Below, piece after piece: positions 30,708 through 40,086 of a DNA stretch of 64,000 nt. Below the pieces are notes generated by a model, which was given only the letters and a program-made list of their open reading frames with translations, ran no database searches and was not told the origin of the DNA. The translations under genes and the position numbers were made by a program. The stretch covers positions 512 through 64,511 of the forward strand of contig JAJDCH010000011.1 in assembly GCA_029260905.1 (NCBI GenBank), read 5' to 3'. The stretch comes from Candidatus Levyibacteriota bacterium (lineage in GTDB: Bacteria > Patescibacteriota > Microgenomatia > Levybacterales > UBA12049). Positions within the stretch are counted from its first letter, which is position 1, and the number at the start of each line of letters is the position of its first letter.

Positions 30708-31304
30708 TTATTTATTTAAAAAATTACTCAATATCTGCTTACCTGTTTCTGTTGCAAATGACTCTGGATGGAATTGAATCCCCTCAATCGGATATTCTTT
30801 GTGTCTTAATCCCATTATCTCACCTGTATCAATTGATGATGCACTAATCTTTAAACAATCAGGAAGAAATTTTTCATCTGCTATTAATGAGTGATATCGC
30901 ATCACATCTATACCTTGCGGGATGTTTTTAAAAACACCTTTTTCATCATGCTTTATACTACTTGTCTTGCCATGCATTGGCACTTTTGCTTTAACCACTT
31001 TTCCTCCAAAATAATAAGCAATTCCCTGCATCCCTAAGCACACTCCAAGAATAGGAATAGTTTTTCCAAGATTTATCAAAACCTCAGCGCAAACACCGAA
31101 ATAAGTTTGATCTGATGGATCTCCAGGTCCGGGTGATATTATTATTTTATCGTAATTACTATTTCTTATCTCATCCAAACTGATCTCATCATTTCTGAAA
31201 ACATCAAGGGTAAAATAACTACCTTTTGCTTTCAATACCTCGCCAACATACTGATAAAGGTTAAATGTAAATGAATCGTAATTATCAATTATCAAAACTT
31301 TCAT
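30708..31304 (-). CDS. trpG: Anthranilate synthase component II
   Basis: IDNYDSFT, SPGPG, GVCLG, QFHPES. Confidence 0.95.
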   Translation of the reverse strand: MKVLIIDNYDSFTFNLYQYVGEVLKAKGSYFTLDVFRNDEISLDEIRNSNYDKIIISPGPGDPSDQTYFGVCAEVLINLGKTIPILGVCLGMQGIAYYFGGKVVKAKVPMHGKTSSIKHDEKGVFKNIPQGIDVMRYHSLIADEKFLPDCLKISASSIDTGEIMGLRHKEYPIEGIQFHPESFATETGKQILSNFLNK

Positions 31305-31322
31305 AGTCTTACTTTTTAAACT

Positions 31323-32675
31323 TTACAAGCTCTCAATTGTTTCTTGTATTGCTTTCAATTTGTTTTCTATCTCTTTGTATTCTCTCTTTGCAATCGAGTC
31401 ATAAACAATGCCACTTGATGTCTGAGTATATGCATAATCTCCTGATACAAAAAGAGTCCGTATCGCAATTGCAAAAGTGCAATCTCCATTAAATCCAAAA
31501 TGTCCGATTCCCCCTCCATAGGGACCTCGCGCTCCAGCTTCCAACCGATCTATTATTTTCATAGCCTCTATTTTTGGCGCGCCAGTTAATGTACCTGCGG
31601 GAAAATTGGATGCAAGAGCCGAGAACATATCTTCATCTTTCTTGATAACACCTGTAATCTCGCTTGATATGTGCTGAACATGACTAAATTTTTTAACACT
31701 CATTAGATCCCGTATCTTAACACTGCCAAATTTTGCAACACGCCCTATGTCATTTCTATGCAGATCAACAAGCATATTATGCTCAGCCCTCTCCTTCTCA
31801 TCACTTAAAAGCTCTCTTGCCAATTTTTTATCTTCCATACCGTCTTTACCTCGTTTTATTGTTCCAGCAAGTGGACGTGTCACCATTTCTCCATCTCTTA
31901 AGGAAAATAAAAGCTCAGGACTTGAACCGATTATTTTTTTTTCTAGGAATTTTACGTAATACATAAATGGAGACGGGTTGCTTTTACGCAAATCTTCATA
32001 AACACTCAAAACATCTCCATTTATTTGATATTCTGACTTCATACCAACAACACATTGAAAAGTGTTACCTTTGCCAATCTCTTCTTTTATTTTTCCGACC
32101 ATCTCTTCATGTTTTTGCACATCAAGCGAATTTTTTATAAATTTTGCAGCTATTTTTTTCTCCTCAAGCTTTTCATCAATTATTTTTTTTATTTTTTCTG
32201 ACCGATCATAATCGTAATAAAAATAAAAAAGCTCATTTGTCTCTTTATCAAAAATAAGTCCGTCTGTATAAACCCCAAACATAAACTGATCAAATTTATC
32301 ATTTATCTTCAAATTCAGGGATGACTCAAAATAATTTGCTGCTTCATAACTTATGTATCCTATCAAACCACCTGCATATTCTCTGGTAATTGTCTGCTCT
32401 GGCATCATCTCTCTTAATGATTCGTAAGGATTGTCAACAGAGAAAATCTCATCATCAATTTTTAAGTTTTTATCTCGAGCAGAAATAATACGCTCAGGAT
32501 CAAAACCAATTATCGAATAGCGGGAAAACTTACCATCCTCACCGAGTGATTCAAAAATAAAACAAGTCTCATATGATTTTTCTATCTTCTGAAAAAGTTC
32601 ATAGAAATCCAAATCTTCAGCAATTTTTTTATAAACCGGTTTTTTTGATAATTTAATTTTTGGTAATTTTTTCAT
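31323..32675 (-). CDS. trpE: Anthranilate synthase component I
   Basis: NPSPFM, SSPE, PLAGT, EHNMLVDL.RND, FPAGTLTGAPK; operon context. Confidence 0.92.
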   Translation of the reverse strand: MKKLPKIKLSKKPVYKKIAEDLDFYELFQKIEKSYETCFIFESLGEDGKFSRYSIIGFDPERIISARDKNLKIDDEIFSVDNPYESLREMMPEQTITREYAGGLIGYISYEAANYFESSLNLKINDKFDQFMFGVYTDGLIFDKETNELFYFYYDYDRSEKIKKIIDEKLEEKKIAAKFIKNSLDVQKHEEMVGKIKEEIGKGNTFQCVVGMKSEYQINGDVLSVYEDLRKSNPSPFMYYVKFLEKKIIGSSPELLFSLRDGEMVTRPLAGTIKRGKDGMEDKKLARELLSDEKERAEHNMLVDLHRNDIGRVAKFGSVKIRDLMSVKKFSHVQHISSEITGVIKKDEDMFSALASNFPAGTLTGAPKIEAMKIIDRLEAGARGPYGGGIGHFGFNGDCTFAIAIRTLFVSGDYAYTQTSSGIVYDSIAKREYKEIENKLKAIQETIESL

Positions 32676-32699
32676 ATTTATGAATATCAAGGCTTGAAC

Positions 32700-32966
32700 T
32701 TATTTTATATAGTCAAATCTGCCTTTTTGAATTTCCTTTGATCCTCTTGTTACTGTCGCAACTCCAACCTTCAACCTTTTTGCAATCTTCTGATGCGGGA
32801 CACCACGCTTTAACATCTTTATGATTTGCAATCTATTTGGAATTTCATCTATCTCTTTCGAGCTTAAGATTCCAAATAAGAAATCTCGAAGCTCATCTTT
32901 ATCTTTCATCATAGAGATAGTATCTATCAACTCATTAAGATGTTTTCTATTATCTTTCATATCCAT
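32700..32966 (-). CDS. trpR: Trp repressor (TrpR/YerC-YecD family)
   Basis: RLQIIKML..G.PHQKIA..L.VGVATVTRGS; heads the trp operon. Confidence 0.88.
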   Translation of the reverse strand: MDMKDNRKHLNELIDTISMMKDKDELRDFLFGILSSKEIDEIPNRLQIIKMLKRGVPHQKIAKRLKVGVATVTRGSKEIQKGRFDYIK

Positions 32967-32968
32967 TC

Positions 32969-32997
32969 ATTATACTAGTATACTGATATACAGTCAA
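32969..32997 (-). promoter_or_regulatory. trpR-trp operon promoter with TrpR-operator-like palindrome
   Basis: TTGACT-17-TATAAT; overlapping TATACTAGTATA with the CTAG core seen in TrpR operators. Confidence 0.8.
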
Positions 32998-33004
32998 GTG
33001 GTAT

Positions 33005-33778
33005 TTATTTGAGGATGAACAAGAAGAATAAAATAGCAAGAATTATACGGTAAATTCCAAATGGTATAAACGTATGATGTTTTACAAATCTGATCAGAAA
33101 TTTAACAGCAATCATCGCAAAAACAAAAGATCCAATAAATCCAATTGATAAAACTCCCCACTCCTGTCCAGTAAATGAAAGATTGGTTTTTAAAAGATCA
33201 AGTCCTGTTGCAGCAGCCATTGTAGGTATTGCTAAGAGAAAGGAAAATTCGACTGCGGTTTTTCGCTTGGTTCCAACTATCATTGCTCCTATTATTGTTG
33301 CTGCAGCTCGCGATACACCAGGTACGATTGATAAGGTCTGAAAGATTCCAATCAATATTGCATTTTTCGTGGTTATTTTTTCTATTTCAGATACCTCCAG
33401 ATTTTTTTTCCCAAACCAATACTCTACTCCAATCATGATCACTCCACCAATCGCTAATGCCCATAAGGTCACAAATTCATTTCCGATCAGATAACTCTTT
33501 ATAAATTTATACAAAACAAGACCAACAATCGCTGTTGGGATAAACGCAGCAGCAATAGGCCTCCATGTTTTTTTATTCCCCCAAATTGTTTTCCAGTAAA
33601 GAAAAACAACTGCCAAAATTGCGCCAAGCTGGATAATTATTTCAAAGCTTTTGACAAAATCTGTCTGAGGAATATTTAATAATTTTGCGGTAAGGACTAA
33701 ATGTCCTGTTGATGAAATGGGAAGAAATTCGCTAACTCCTTCAACAATTGAAAAAATAAAGGCCTGAAAAAAATCCAT
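33005..33778 (-). CDS. uppP: Undecaprenyl-diphosphate phosphatase
   Basis: EGVSEFLPISSTGH, IQLGA, PGVSR. Confidence 0.94.
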   Translation of the reverse strand: MDFFQAFIFSIVEGVSEFLPISSTGHLVLTAKLLNIPQTDFVKSFEIIIQLGAILAVVFLYWKTIWGNKKTWRPIAAAFIPTAIVGLVLYKFIKSYLIGNEFVTLWALAIGGVIMIGVEYWFGKKNLEVSEIEKITTKNAILIGIFQTLSIVPGVSRAAATIIGAMIVGTKRKTAVEFSFLLAIPTMAAATGLDLLKTNLSFTGQEWGVLSIGFIGSFVFAMIAVKFLIRFVKHHTFIPFGIYRIILAILFFLFILK

Positions 33779-33798
33779 ATAAATATTATATCCTAAAT

Positions 33799-34329
33799 TT
33801 ATTGATCATCTGGTACAAACCTTAACGCAGCTGAATTTATGCAATACCTTTTTCCAGTGGGCTCTGGTCCATCTTCAAAGACATGTCCCAAGTGTCCTTT
33901 GCATTTATCAAGAATCTCTACTCTTTCATAACCCAGGTCAAAATCCGACTGAAGCACCAATGCATCATCACTTATCGGCGCCCAAAAACTAGGCCAGCCG
34001 GTTCCACTATCATATTTTTGCTCTGATCTAAAAACAGGTTCATCACACCCTATGCTTACATAAGTTCCCTTTCTTGTTTCATGATTTAATTCCCCTGTGA
34101 ATGGAGTTTCTGTACCTTTTTCTCTGAGGATAGAGTATTGTTCTGGAGTTAAAATTTTTTTCCAGTCCTGATCTGTTTTAAATCTACTCTTGTCAAATTC
34201 TCCTGATATAATTCTTGCTTCATCTGTCTGTGGTTTCTCAGAAGTTGTACTGGCATTTTTGCTATCTATTGAAAGAACGGTTAACAAAACCAAAAAGACA
34301 ACTCCGATTATGATTAATTTCTTGCTCAC
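33799..34329 (-). CDS. msrB: Peptide-methionine (R)-S-oxide reductase with N-terminal anchor
   Basis: [33 protein letters not shown]. Confidence 0.94.
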   Translation of the reverse strand: MSKKLIIIGVVFLVLLTVLSIDSKNASTTSEKPQTDEARIISGEFDKSRFKTDQDWKKILTPEQYSILREKGTETPFTGELNHETRKGTYVSIGCDEPVFRSEQKYDSGTGWPSFWAPISDDALVLQSDFDLGYERVEILDKCKGHLGHVFEDGPEPTGKRYCINSAALRFVPDDQ

Positions 34330-34358
34330 AAACAGATTATATCAAAACAAATTAGTAA

Positions 34359-34655
34359 TTAATTCTTCTTGGCCTTAACTGTTTTCTTTTTAACTTCTTT
34401 TACTGCTTTTTTAACTCCCTTTTTTATTTTTGGCATTTCTTTTTCTGCGCTCTTTTTCGCTTTGCCATATTTTTTAGTTAAATCAGCATGAAGCTTTCTT
34501 GCCTTTTTGGAAGCACTTGCAAAACCCTTAGCAGCTTTTTGTCTATTCTCTTTTTTGGATAATACCGCTGCTGCAGCTCCTGCGACACCAACTGCTACAG
34601 CTGCTGCTCCAAGCACTGCTCTGCCTACTCTTTTGCTCTTCTTTTTCTTTAACAT
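34359..34655 (-). CDS. Lys/Ala-rich small protein with a GAAA-type hydrophobic segment
   Basis: SD AAAGGGGGTG upstream; low-complexity basic tail. Confidence 0.7.
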   Translation of the reverse strand: MLKKKKSKRVGRAVLGAAAVAVGVAGAAAAVLSKKENRQKAAKGFASASKKARKLHADLTKKYGKAKKSAEKEMPKIKKGVKKAVKEVKKKTVKAKKN

Positions 34656-34733
34656 ATTAATCACCCCCTTTTGTTGTTCTGCTTAATTATAAAGGATTTT
34701 GATAAATTATGAATAAGAAATTTGTAAGAGGAA

Positions 34734-35351
34734 TTAGAAGCCTAGATTCTCTTCAATTAAAATAAACTTTATTTGTCTTTTGGTTATTGGGCTTTCATTT
34801 TTAAAAATCACAATTTTATTCAAACTTGTATTTATTCCGTACAGCTCCTGCATGTGTTTGTCCTCAAGCGGTACGACGTGCTTCTCAAGTCTTTCCATTG
34901 CGGTATTAAAATCAGCAACTATCTTTTTGGTGCTTACAACAAAAATTAAATTTGCTGATGTCGAAACAATATGAGGCAACTGACTACCAGTATTGCTGGC
35001 AACCAAAAATTCACCATTTACAATTAATGCATGAACGCTTCCCAGGTAAAAATCTGAAGTTACGGATTGCTTTCGAAGCGCTGCTCTTTTTATTGGATCT
35101 GATTCAGCTGTTACAGCTTTATGGAGATTGTTCCATTTATGTTTTGAATTTGCCACATAATCAACATATCCGATCTGTTCAAGTGTCACAGATGCGCCAT
35201 TCATCACAGATTTACCATCTGGAATTATGGATTTTATTTTAGAAAGCGCTTCTTCTTTAGAAGTAACGACTGATACTTCATAACCTTTTGCTCTTAACCC
35301 CTCAATTGTTTTGTCTAATAAACTTTTATCTGCTAGTTTGTCAAATTGCAT
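34734..35351 (-). CDS. LUD-domain (LutC-like) protein
   Basis: GASVTL.QIG, LGSVHA, SNTGSQ, KKIV. Confidence 0.8.
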   Translation of the reverse strand: MQFDKLADKSLLDKTIEGLRAKGYEVSVVTSKEEALSKIKSIIPDGKSVMNGASVTLEQIGYVDYVANSKHKWNNLHKAVTAESDPIKRAALRKQSVTSDFYLGSVHALIVNGEFLVASNTGSQLPHIVSTSANLIFVVSTKKIVADFNTAMERLEKHVVPLEDKHMQELYGINTSLNKIVIFKNESPITKRQIKFILIEENLGF

Positions 35352-35413
35352 ATTAGATGTATAATACATATTAAGTATGGATTTAACAAGTAAATACTTT
35401 TTATATACTTAGT

Positions 35414-35725
35414 ATGAAAGATGTTAGCATGTGTCAGTTGGATAAAACTTTAAGCGTAATTGGAGGAAAATGGAAAATGGTCATTCTCTGGCATTTATCC
35501 CACAGTGTGTTGAGGTTTTCTGAGCTTGAGAAAAAAATTCCAGGAATTACCCAAAAAATGCTTTCTCAATCCCTTCGCGAACTTGAAAAAAATAAATTAA
35601 TTTCAAGAAAGGCATATCCTGTCATCCCTCCAAAAGTAGAATACGCGATTACCGCCCATGGCGTATCGCTTGGAGAAGTACTCAAAAAGCTGAATAAATG
35701 GAGTCAGACTCATCTTAAAAAATAA
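35414..35725 (+). CDS. HxlR-family winged-helix regulator
   Basis: IGGKWK..ILWHL..RFSEL..ITQKML..LRELE..PPKVEY. Confidence 0.93.
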   Translation: MKDVSMCQLDKTLSVIGGKWKMVILWHLSHSVLRFSELEKKIPGITQKMLSQSLRELEKNKLISRKAYPVIPPKVEYAITAHGVSLGEVLKKLNKWSQTHLKK

Positions 35726-35887
35726 GCTCCCATACGTGCTAGAACTTGAGTTGTAATGAACAAAGCAAAGCAAAACCGAAGTGTTCGAGGCTAGACAATG
35801 TTAGAACCTGTTTTATGAAACTATGCTAAATGAGCTTGGGGAAAAACAGGCTAAATCTATTTTGGTTGACCACAAAGTGTAATTGGT

Positions 35888-36388
35888 TTATTCACCGGCT
35901 TTTCTGATTGCTTCAAGATCAAGCTTTTTCATTGGCATGAATACAGCGGTTACCGCCTCAGCTTTTTCAGGATCGCGCATCATTTCATCCAGAATCCTTG
36001 GGACTATCTGCCATGTGACACCAAATTTGTCTGTACACCATCCACATTGTTCAGCTTCGGGAACAGCTGAAAGTTTTTCCCAGAAGAAATCAATTTCTTC
36101 TTGTGTCTCACACTCCACAATATAAGATGTTCCGCCGTTAAGTTTGAACTGGTCCATAGGGCCTCCATTAAGAGCCATGAAACTTATTCCATCAAGCTCG
36201 CACTCAGCTGTCAGAACGGACCCCTCTGGTCTACCTGAAACTTCCTCAGATGCCTTGGGGGATTTTGTAATATCTCCAAGTTTTGCGCTGTGATCACCTG
36301 GTGCCGCATTGAAAGTATCTATGTAGTAATTTACTGCCTCTTCACCATTGTTGTTAGCAAACCAGATACATGTAATTAGTTTACTCAT
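35888..36388 (-). CDS. VOC family protein (PhnB-like)
   Basis: ALNGGP, QEEID.FW, CGW..DKFGVTWQI. Confidence 0.9.
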   Translation of the reverse strand: MSKLITCIWFANNNGEEAVNYYIDTFNAAPGDHSAKLGDITKSPKASEEVSGRPEGSVLTAECELDGISFMALNGGPMDQFKLNGGTSYIVECETQEEIDFFWEKLSAVPEAEQCGWCTDKFGVTWQIVPRILDEMMRDPEKAEAVTAVFMPMKKLDLEAIRKAGE

Positions 36389-36459
36389 TTAATATATTTT
36401 AACACATTGTAAGAACCTATTTTGTATTAGTTTTGTAAGCATATCCCTTGTTTGTGCTG

Positions 36460-36576
36460 CTCTCCGTAGTTGACATGTTTAAGAACCGAGAAATAGAGTT
36501 TGGCTTTACTTTACAAAATATACAGACTGTTTTTGAAGCTCTAAATATAACCCTTGGAAATGACTTATCAGTTTAG
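36460..36576 (+). other. Stranded 38-codon open frame, putative native C-terminus of the serine recombinase
   Basis: LSVVDMFKNREIEFGFTLQNIQTVFEALNITLGNDLSV*; in frame with the recombinase across TGCTC; decayed homolog at 48098-48200. Confidence 0.65.
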
Positions 36577-37461
36577 CTCAAAGAAATCCTCGTCCAATTC
36601 TTTGACTTCAAAATTAGACTTAATTTGAACACCTACATTAAATTTAATCATTAAATCGACTAGCTTATTTCCATCGATAAGGATGAGAGTATGATTTCGA
36701 TCGCTAGTAGCTTTGGCAACTGCTGCAGGATCGAACATAGATGTAGTAACAAATATTCCTTTCCGAACATCTCCACTCATTGCTCCTATAAAATTTCTAA
36801 TTTCTGGTTCTCGTACTTTATTCCCATCTTTATATCTTTTAGCTTGAATGTATATTTTTTCTATTCCTAATTGATCTTGATTGATAATACCATCAATACC
36901 CCCATCCCCTGATTTTGGTGTAGATTCAAAATCTCCATAGCCCATTTTTTGGAATAACAGTAAAACAATTTTTTGGAAATAATAAGGATCTACTGAATAC
37001 AGCTTTTCCTGAAGCTCGGCCTCAAGTTTTTCTAATAATTCTTGTACACCCGTTTCAATTAAGTCTTGAGGTGTGTACTTGCTTGTCAGTGGATCACTTT
37101 GATTACTCTTCCTTTTTCTAGGTTCATGAGCTATATAGTCTGGGTCTTGTTTTAAATCATCTAAGGATAGTTCCGTTACTCCTGATTCTAAAAACCGTTT
37201 ACCTTTATCACTAATTTTGACTAAACCTCTGCTTGGTTGATCTACATATTTTCCTACTTTTAGATATGTCTTACCCCAAGCCACCCTGTCGTGGAAAAGG
37301 CTACCACCTGTTGCTTTTGTCTGAGCCAATTCATCTGGTGTCAAATTAAAATACTTAGCGTCTAGAAGCAAAGTCGGTAGATCTGAGGTATTAACTATTC
37401 GATCATCGGCCAGCACTTTTAGTATAGGTAAAAAGGTTTCGTAAAACTTTGGTAATGCCAT
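36568..37461 (-). CDS. mrr: Mrr-family type IV restriction endonuclease
   Basis: Mrr_N (DRVAWGKTYL..G) and Mrr_cat (SGDGGIDGII..IYIQAKRY..GIFVTTS). Confidence 0.93.
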   Translation of the reverse strand: MALPKFYETFLPILKVLADDRIVNTSDLPTLLLDAKYFNLTPDELAQTKATGGSLFHDRVAWGKTYLKVGKYVDQPSRGLVKISDKGKRFLESGVTELSLDDLKQDPDYIAHEPRKRKSNQSDPLTSKYTPQDLIETGVQELLEKLEAELQEKLYSVDPYYFQKIVLLLFQKMGYGDFESTPKSGDGGIDGIINQDQLGIEKIYIQAKRYKDGNKVREPEIRNFIGAMSGDVRKGIFVTTSMFDPAAVAKATSDRNHTLILIDGNKLVDLMIKFNVGVQIKSNFEVKELDEDFFELN

Positions 37462-37546
37462 AAAACATCTAATTTCTATTTGCATTATACATGAATGTTA
37501 AACAATGTTAAAATAGGCTAGAAATAGTTTAAAAATGTAATGAAAT

Positions 37547-38308
37547 ATGCAAAATAATAAAGATGATCTGGGGCTGGTAATATCTGAACTAAATCAATAT
37601 CTACATGTGGGATATACCCTAAAACTAACTTATTTAAAGAAACATGATGTAGACGGACAGAAAGAAGCATTCGATGTTGACGAGTTAAAGAAAGAATATA
37701 ACGAAAAGATAAATATTTGGTTTAAAGAAATAGCAGACCACTTACAGAAGCTAGACTTTCAATACCTCTTTCATTTTGTTCAACCAAAAGACGATGCTAT
37801 GTCTTACTCTCATCCTCTTGGTAATCTTACTCACGCTTTAGAAAAACACCTCTTTGCTTTAGAAGATGTTATTGTTCGTCTTGAGGAAAGAAAGAATTTA
37901 GCAGTAAGACAAGAGATAGCTGATAAAGAATACCAAGTGGACACTCTTTATAAGATTACTTACAGTGAACATTTAAGAGAAATAAAGCTCAACAACATTG
38001 TATTAGCTAACCTCCAATCTGACTCTAAGAATGTTAATTTTTTTGAGTATGTATTCTCAAATCCCAATATACCCTTAGCAGTAAGCGACATTGAGGAAGC
38101 TACAGCAATGCCCTTAGCTTCTAACATTCAGGATATTCTGCGTGATTTAGGCTTCAAGGGAAACATAAGAAAAGTATTCTTCCCTATAGCTACGAAAGCA
38201 AAAGTAATGTTCATGAACCCAATTTCAAAGCAGTATGCTATTAAAAATGATCTCCCGATAATTAAATTGCTAAAAGACAACGAGATAGAACGAGAAGCAA
38301 CGAACTAG
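37547..38308 (+). CDS. Hypothetical protein, possible C-terminal winged-helix domain
   Basis: 253-aa ORF in the element; C-terminal pattern loosely like an OmpR-type wHTH (inference). Confidence 0.6.
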   Translation: MQNNKDDLGLVISELNQYLHVGYTLKLTYLKKHDVDGQKEAFDVDELKKEYNEKINIWFKEIADHLQKLDFQYLFHFVQPKDDAMSYSHPLGNLTHALEKHLFALEDVIVRLEERKNLAVRQEIADKEYQVDTLYKITYSEHLREIKLNNIVLANLQSDSKNVNFFEYVFSNPNIPLAVSDIEEATAMPLASNIQDILRDLGFKGNIRKVFFPIATKAKVMFMNPISKQYAIKNDLPIIKLLKDNEIEREATN

Positions 38309-38317
38309 AACGGGAAG
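38278..38317 (+). repeat. Four phased 10-bp repeats with core AACG(A/G)
   Basis: caacgagata gaacgagaag caacgaacta gaacgggaag. Confidence 0.7.
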
Positions 38318-38375
38318 TTGCCACCCACAACCGTAAAAGCCATTTCTCCCTCCATATTTCTCCTATTCTGTTTGC

Positions 38376-38525
38376 GTGGATATAAATACGCAAGCTATTC
38401 AAAATAATCTGAATGAGCCACCCTCTAATGATGAGGAATTGGATAGGATTTCTCAATTTTTTTTACTTCTAATTGAAATTGATAAAAAGCAAAAACAGAA
38501 AGGTAAAACAGATGAAAATAAGTGA
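38376..38525 (+). CDS. Small 49-aa ORF (GTG start) upstream of spoVG-like gene
   Basis: MDINTQAIQNNLNEPPSNDEELDRISQFFLLLIEIDKKQKQKGKTDENK; overlaps the next start. Confidence 0.5.
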   Translation: MDINTQAIQNNLNEPPSNDEELDRISQFFLLLIEIDKKQKQKGKTDENK

Positions 38526-38802
38526 AATACAAATTATTCCTATCAAACCTCAAAACGGATTAGTTGCCTTTGTCAGCTTCGTATTGGAAGAAAATCTGTA
38601 TCTAGGTTCAATCGGTATTCTCACAAAACCCGAAGGAGGATATAGGCTCGTTTATCCCACTAAAAAAGTAGGAGTGCGAAGCATGAATATATTCCATCCA
38701 ATAAATAAAGATTTCTCTCAATCTATAGAAAAGGAGGTCATCAGTAAATTTGAAGATGTAATGAAAAAATATGATAGATACGATAAAGCTGACATTAGAT
38801 AA
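38512..38802 (+). CDS. SpoVG-like nucleic-acid-binding protein
   Basis: MKISEIQI..GLVAFVSF..YP.K..IFHPI pattern. Confidence 0.75.
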   Translation: MKISEIQIIPIKPQNGLVAFVSFVLEENLYLGSIGILTKPEGGYRLVYPTKKVGVRSMNIFHPINKDFSQSIEKEVISKFEDVMKKYDRYDKADIR

Positions 38803-39910
38803 AAGTATGGTTTCTATATTGAACAAAGACTTATTCCAGAAAGAAACTCAAAATGCCTCAAGGGGCTACTTTACTCTTGTGCAAAATCCAACAAAAGCTG
38901 AATTAAGGAACGGAATTTATAAGCCAAGATTAACCCTAACCAAAAGATTTAATACTTCGGGTAGATCTGAGTTGACCTTGTCTGTGGAACTCTCACTGCC
39001 AAAATTACTTTATGGAAACAACTTTGATGAGGTAAATGATGATGACTTTCCGATTGTCATAGACAAACTTAGTAATGTACTAAAAACAATGGGTGTAAGG
39101 GTGTTTAAGGAAATTCTCACATCAGCTCCTGTATCAGCTGTGCACTATTCAAAAAATATTCCCCTTACCGATGGCTCTACTCCTCATTACTTAATAAAGA
39201 AGATCAAAGAAGCAAACATTTCCTTAGCTCTTGATGTAAATCAAACTGATTACCGCAATGACGGACACAGTTATAAGTGGCACAGCAACTCTTACGAGGT
39301 GGCTTTTTATGACAAGATTAAAGATCTCGAAATGGCTGTCAAAAGCGATAAAAGATCTATAGAAAAAGATAATCGTTTACAACTCCACCTTTTCAACCAA
39401 ATAACTAAAAAACAAAAAACAGAAGTCTTACGGATGGAAGTAAGACTCAATAATAGACAAAAATTGAAGCAATTATTTAAGACTCTTAATATTGATAGTG
39501 AGCTCATTTTTAAGAGCTTGTTCAGTAAAGATATTTCTCAGTGCATACTCCTGCACTACTTAAGCGAAATAGAAAAACAGCGACCAAAGATACTAGACTA
39601 TTCCCCTTCCAACCCAACTTCTCTTCTAGCTGAAATTATTATCAGTAATCCCAATCTTGGAGCACAGAAAGTATTGCAGCTATTTGGATTAAAACAAGCT
39701 CTTGATACTATTCCTCCTCGTGAATTAAGAGTTATGCTTGGTAAATCTAGCAATAGAAGTTGGTACAGGTTAATCTCACAAACCAAAAACGTTGCACTCC
39801 CCAGTGTTAATAGCCCTTTTGAAGCTATAAGAAAAAACTTGATGGACTTTGAACTAGTAAAACTAGTTGATTTACAAGTCAAAATGTTAAATAATGATAA
39901 ATATAACTAA
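38771..39910 (+). CDS. Putative replication initiator (gene II/X, Rep_trans-like)
   Basis: MIDTI, ELSLPKLLYGNN, AFYDK, VLRMEVRL motifs. Confidence 0.65.
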   Translation: MIDTIKLTLDKSMVSILNKDLFQKETQNASRGYFTLVQNPTKAELRNGIYKPRLTLTKRFNTSGRSELTLSVELSLPKLLYGNNFDEVNDDDFPIVIDKLSNVLKTMGVRVFKEILTSAPVSAVHYSKNIPLTDGSTPHYLIKKIKEANISLALDVNQTDYRNDGHSYKWHSNSYEVAFYDKIKDLEMAVKSDKRSIEKDNRLQLHLFNQITKKQKTEVLRMEVRLNNRQKLKQLFKTLNIDSELIFKSLFSKDISQCILLHYLSEIEKQRPKILDYSPSNPTSLLAEIIISNPNLGAQKVLQLFGLKQALDTIPPRELRVMLGKSSNRSWYRLISQTKNVALPSVNSPFEAIRKNLMDFELVKLVDLQVKMLNNDKYN

Positions 39911-39911
39911 T

Positions 39912-40085
39912 ATGCCAGATGAGCAATATCACTCCATAGAAGAAGTCGCAAAGTTATTAAATGTGGCTTACTTAACGGTTTATCGTTGGGTAAAAAGTGG
40001 AAAGCTTCACGCTATTAAAGCTGGAAAGCAGTATCGAATAAATAAGGATGATCTAAATTCCTTTACTAGGATTAACAAAAAATAA
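39912..40085 (+). CDS. Excisionase-like HTH protein
   Basis: SIEEVAKLLNV..TVYRWVKSGKL.A.KAGKQYRI. Confidence 0.88.
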   Translation: MPDEQYHSIEEVAKLLNVAYLTVYRWVKSGKLHAIKAGKQYRINKDDLNSFTRINKK

Positions 40086-40086
40086 C

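Noticed and set aside
32676-33004. trpL-type attenuator for the trp operon
   Set aside because: No room or Trp-codon leader; the promoter abuts trpR and control appears repressor-based
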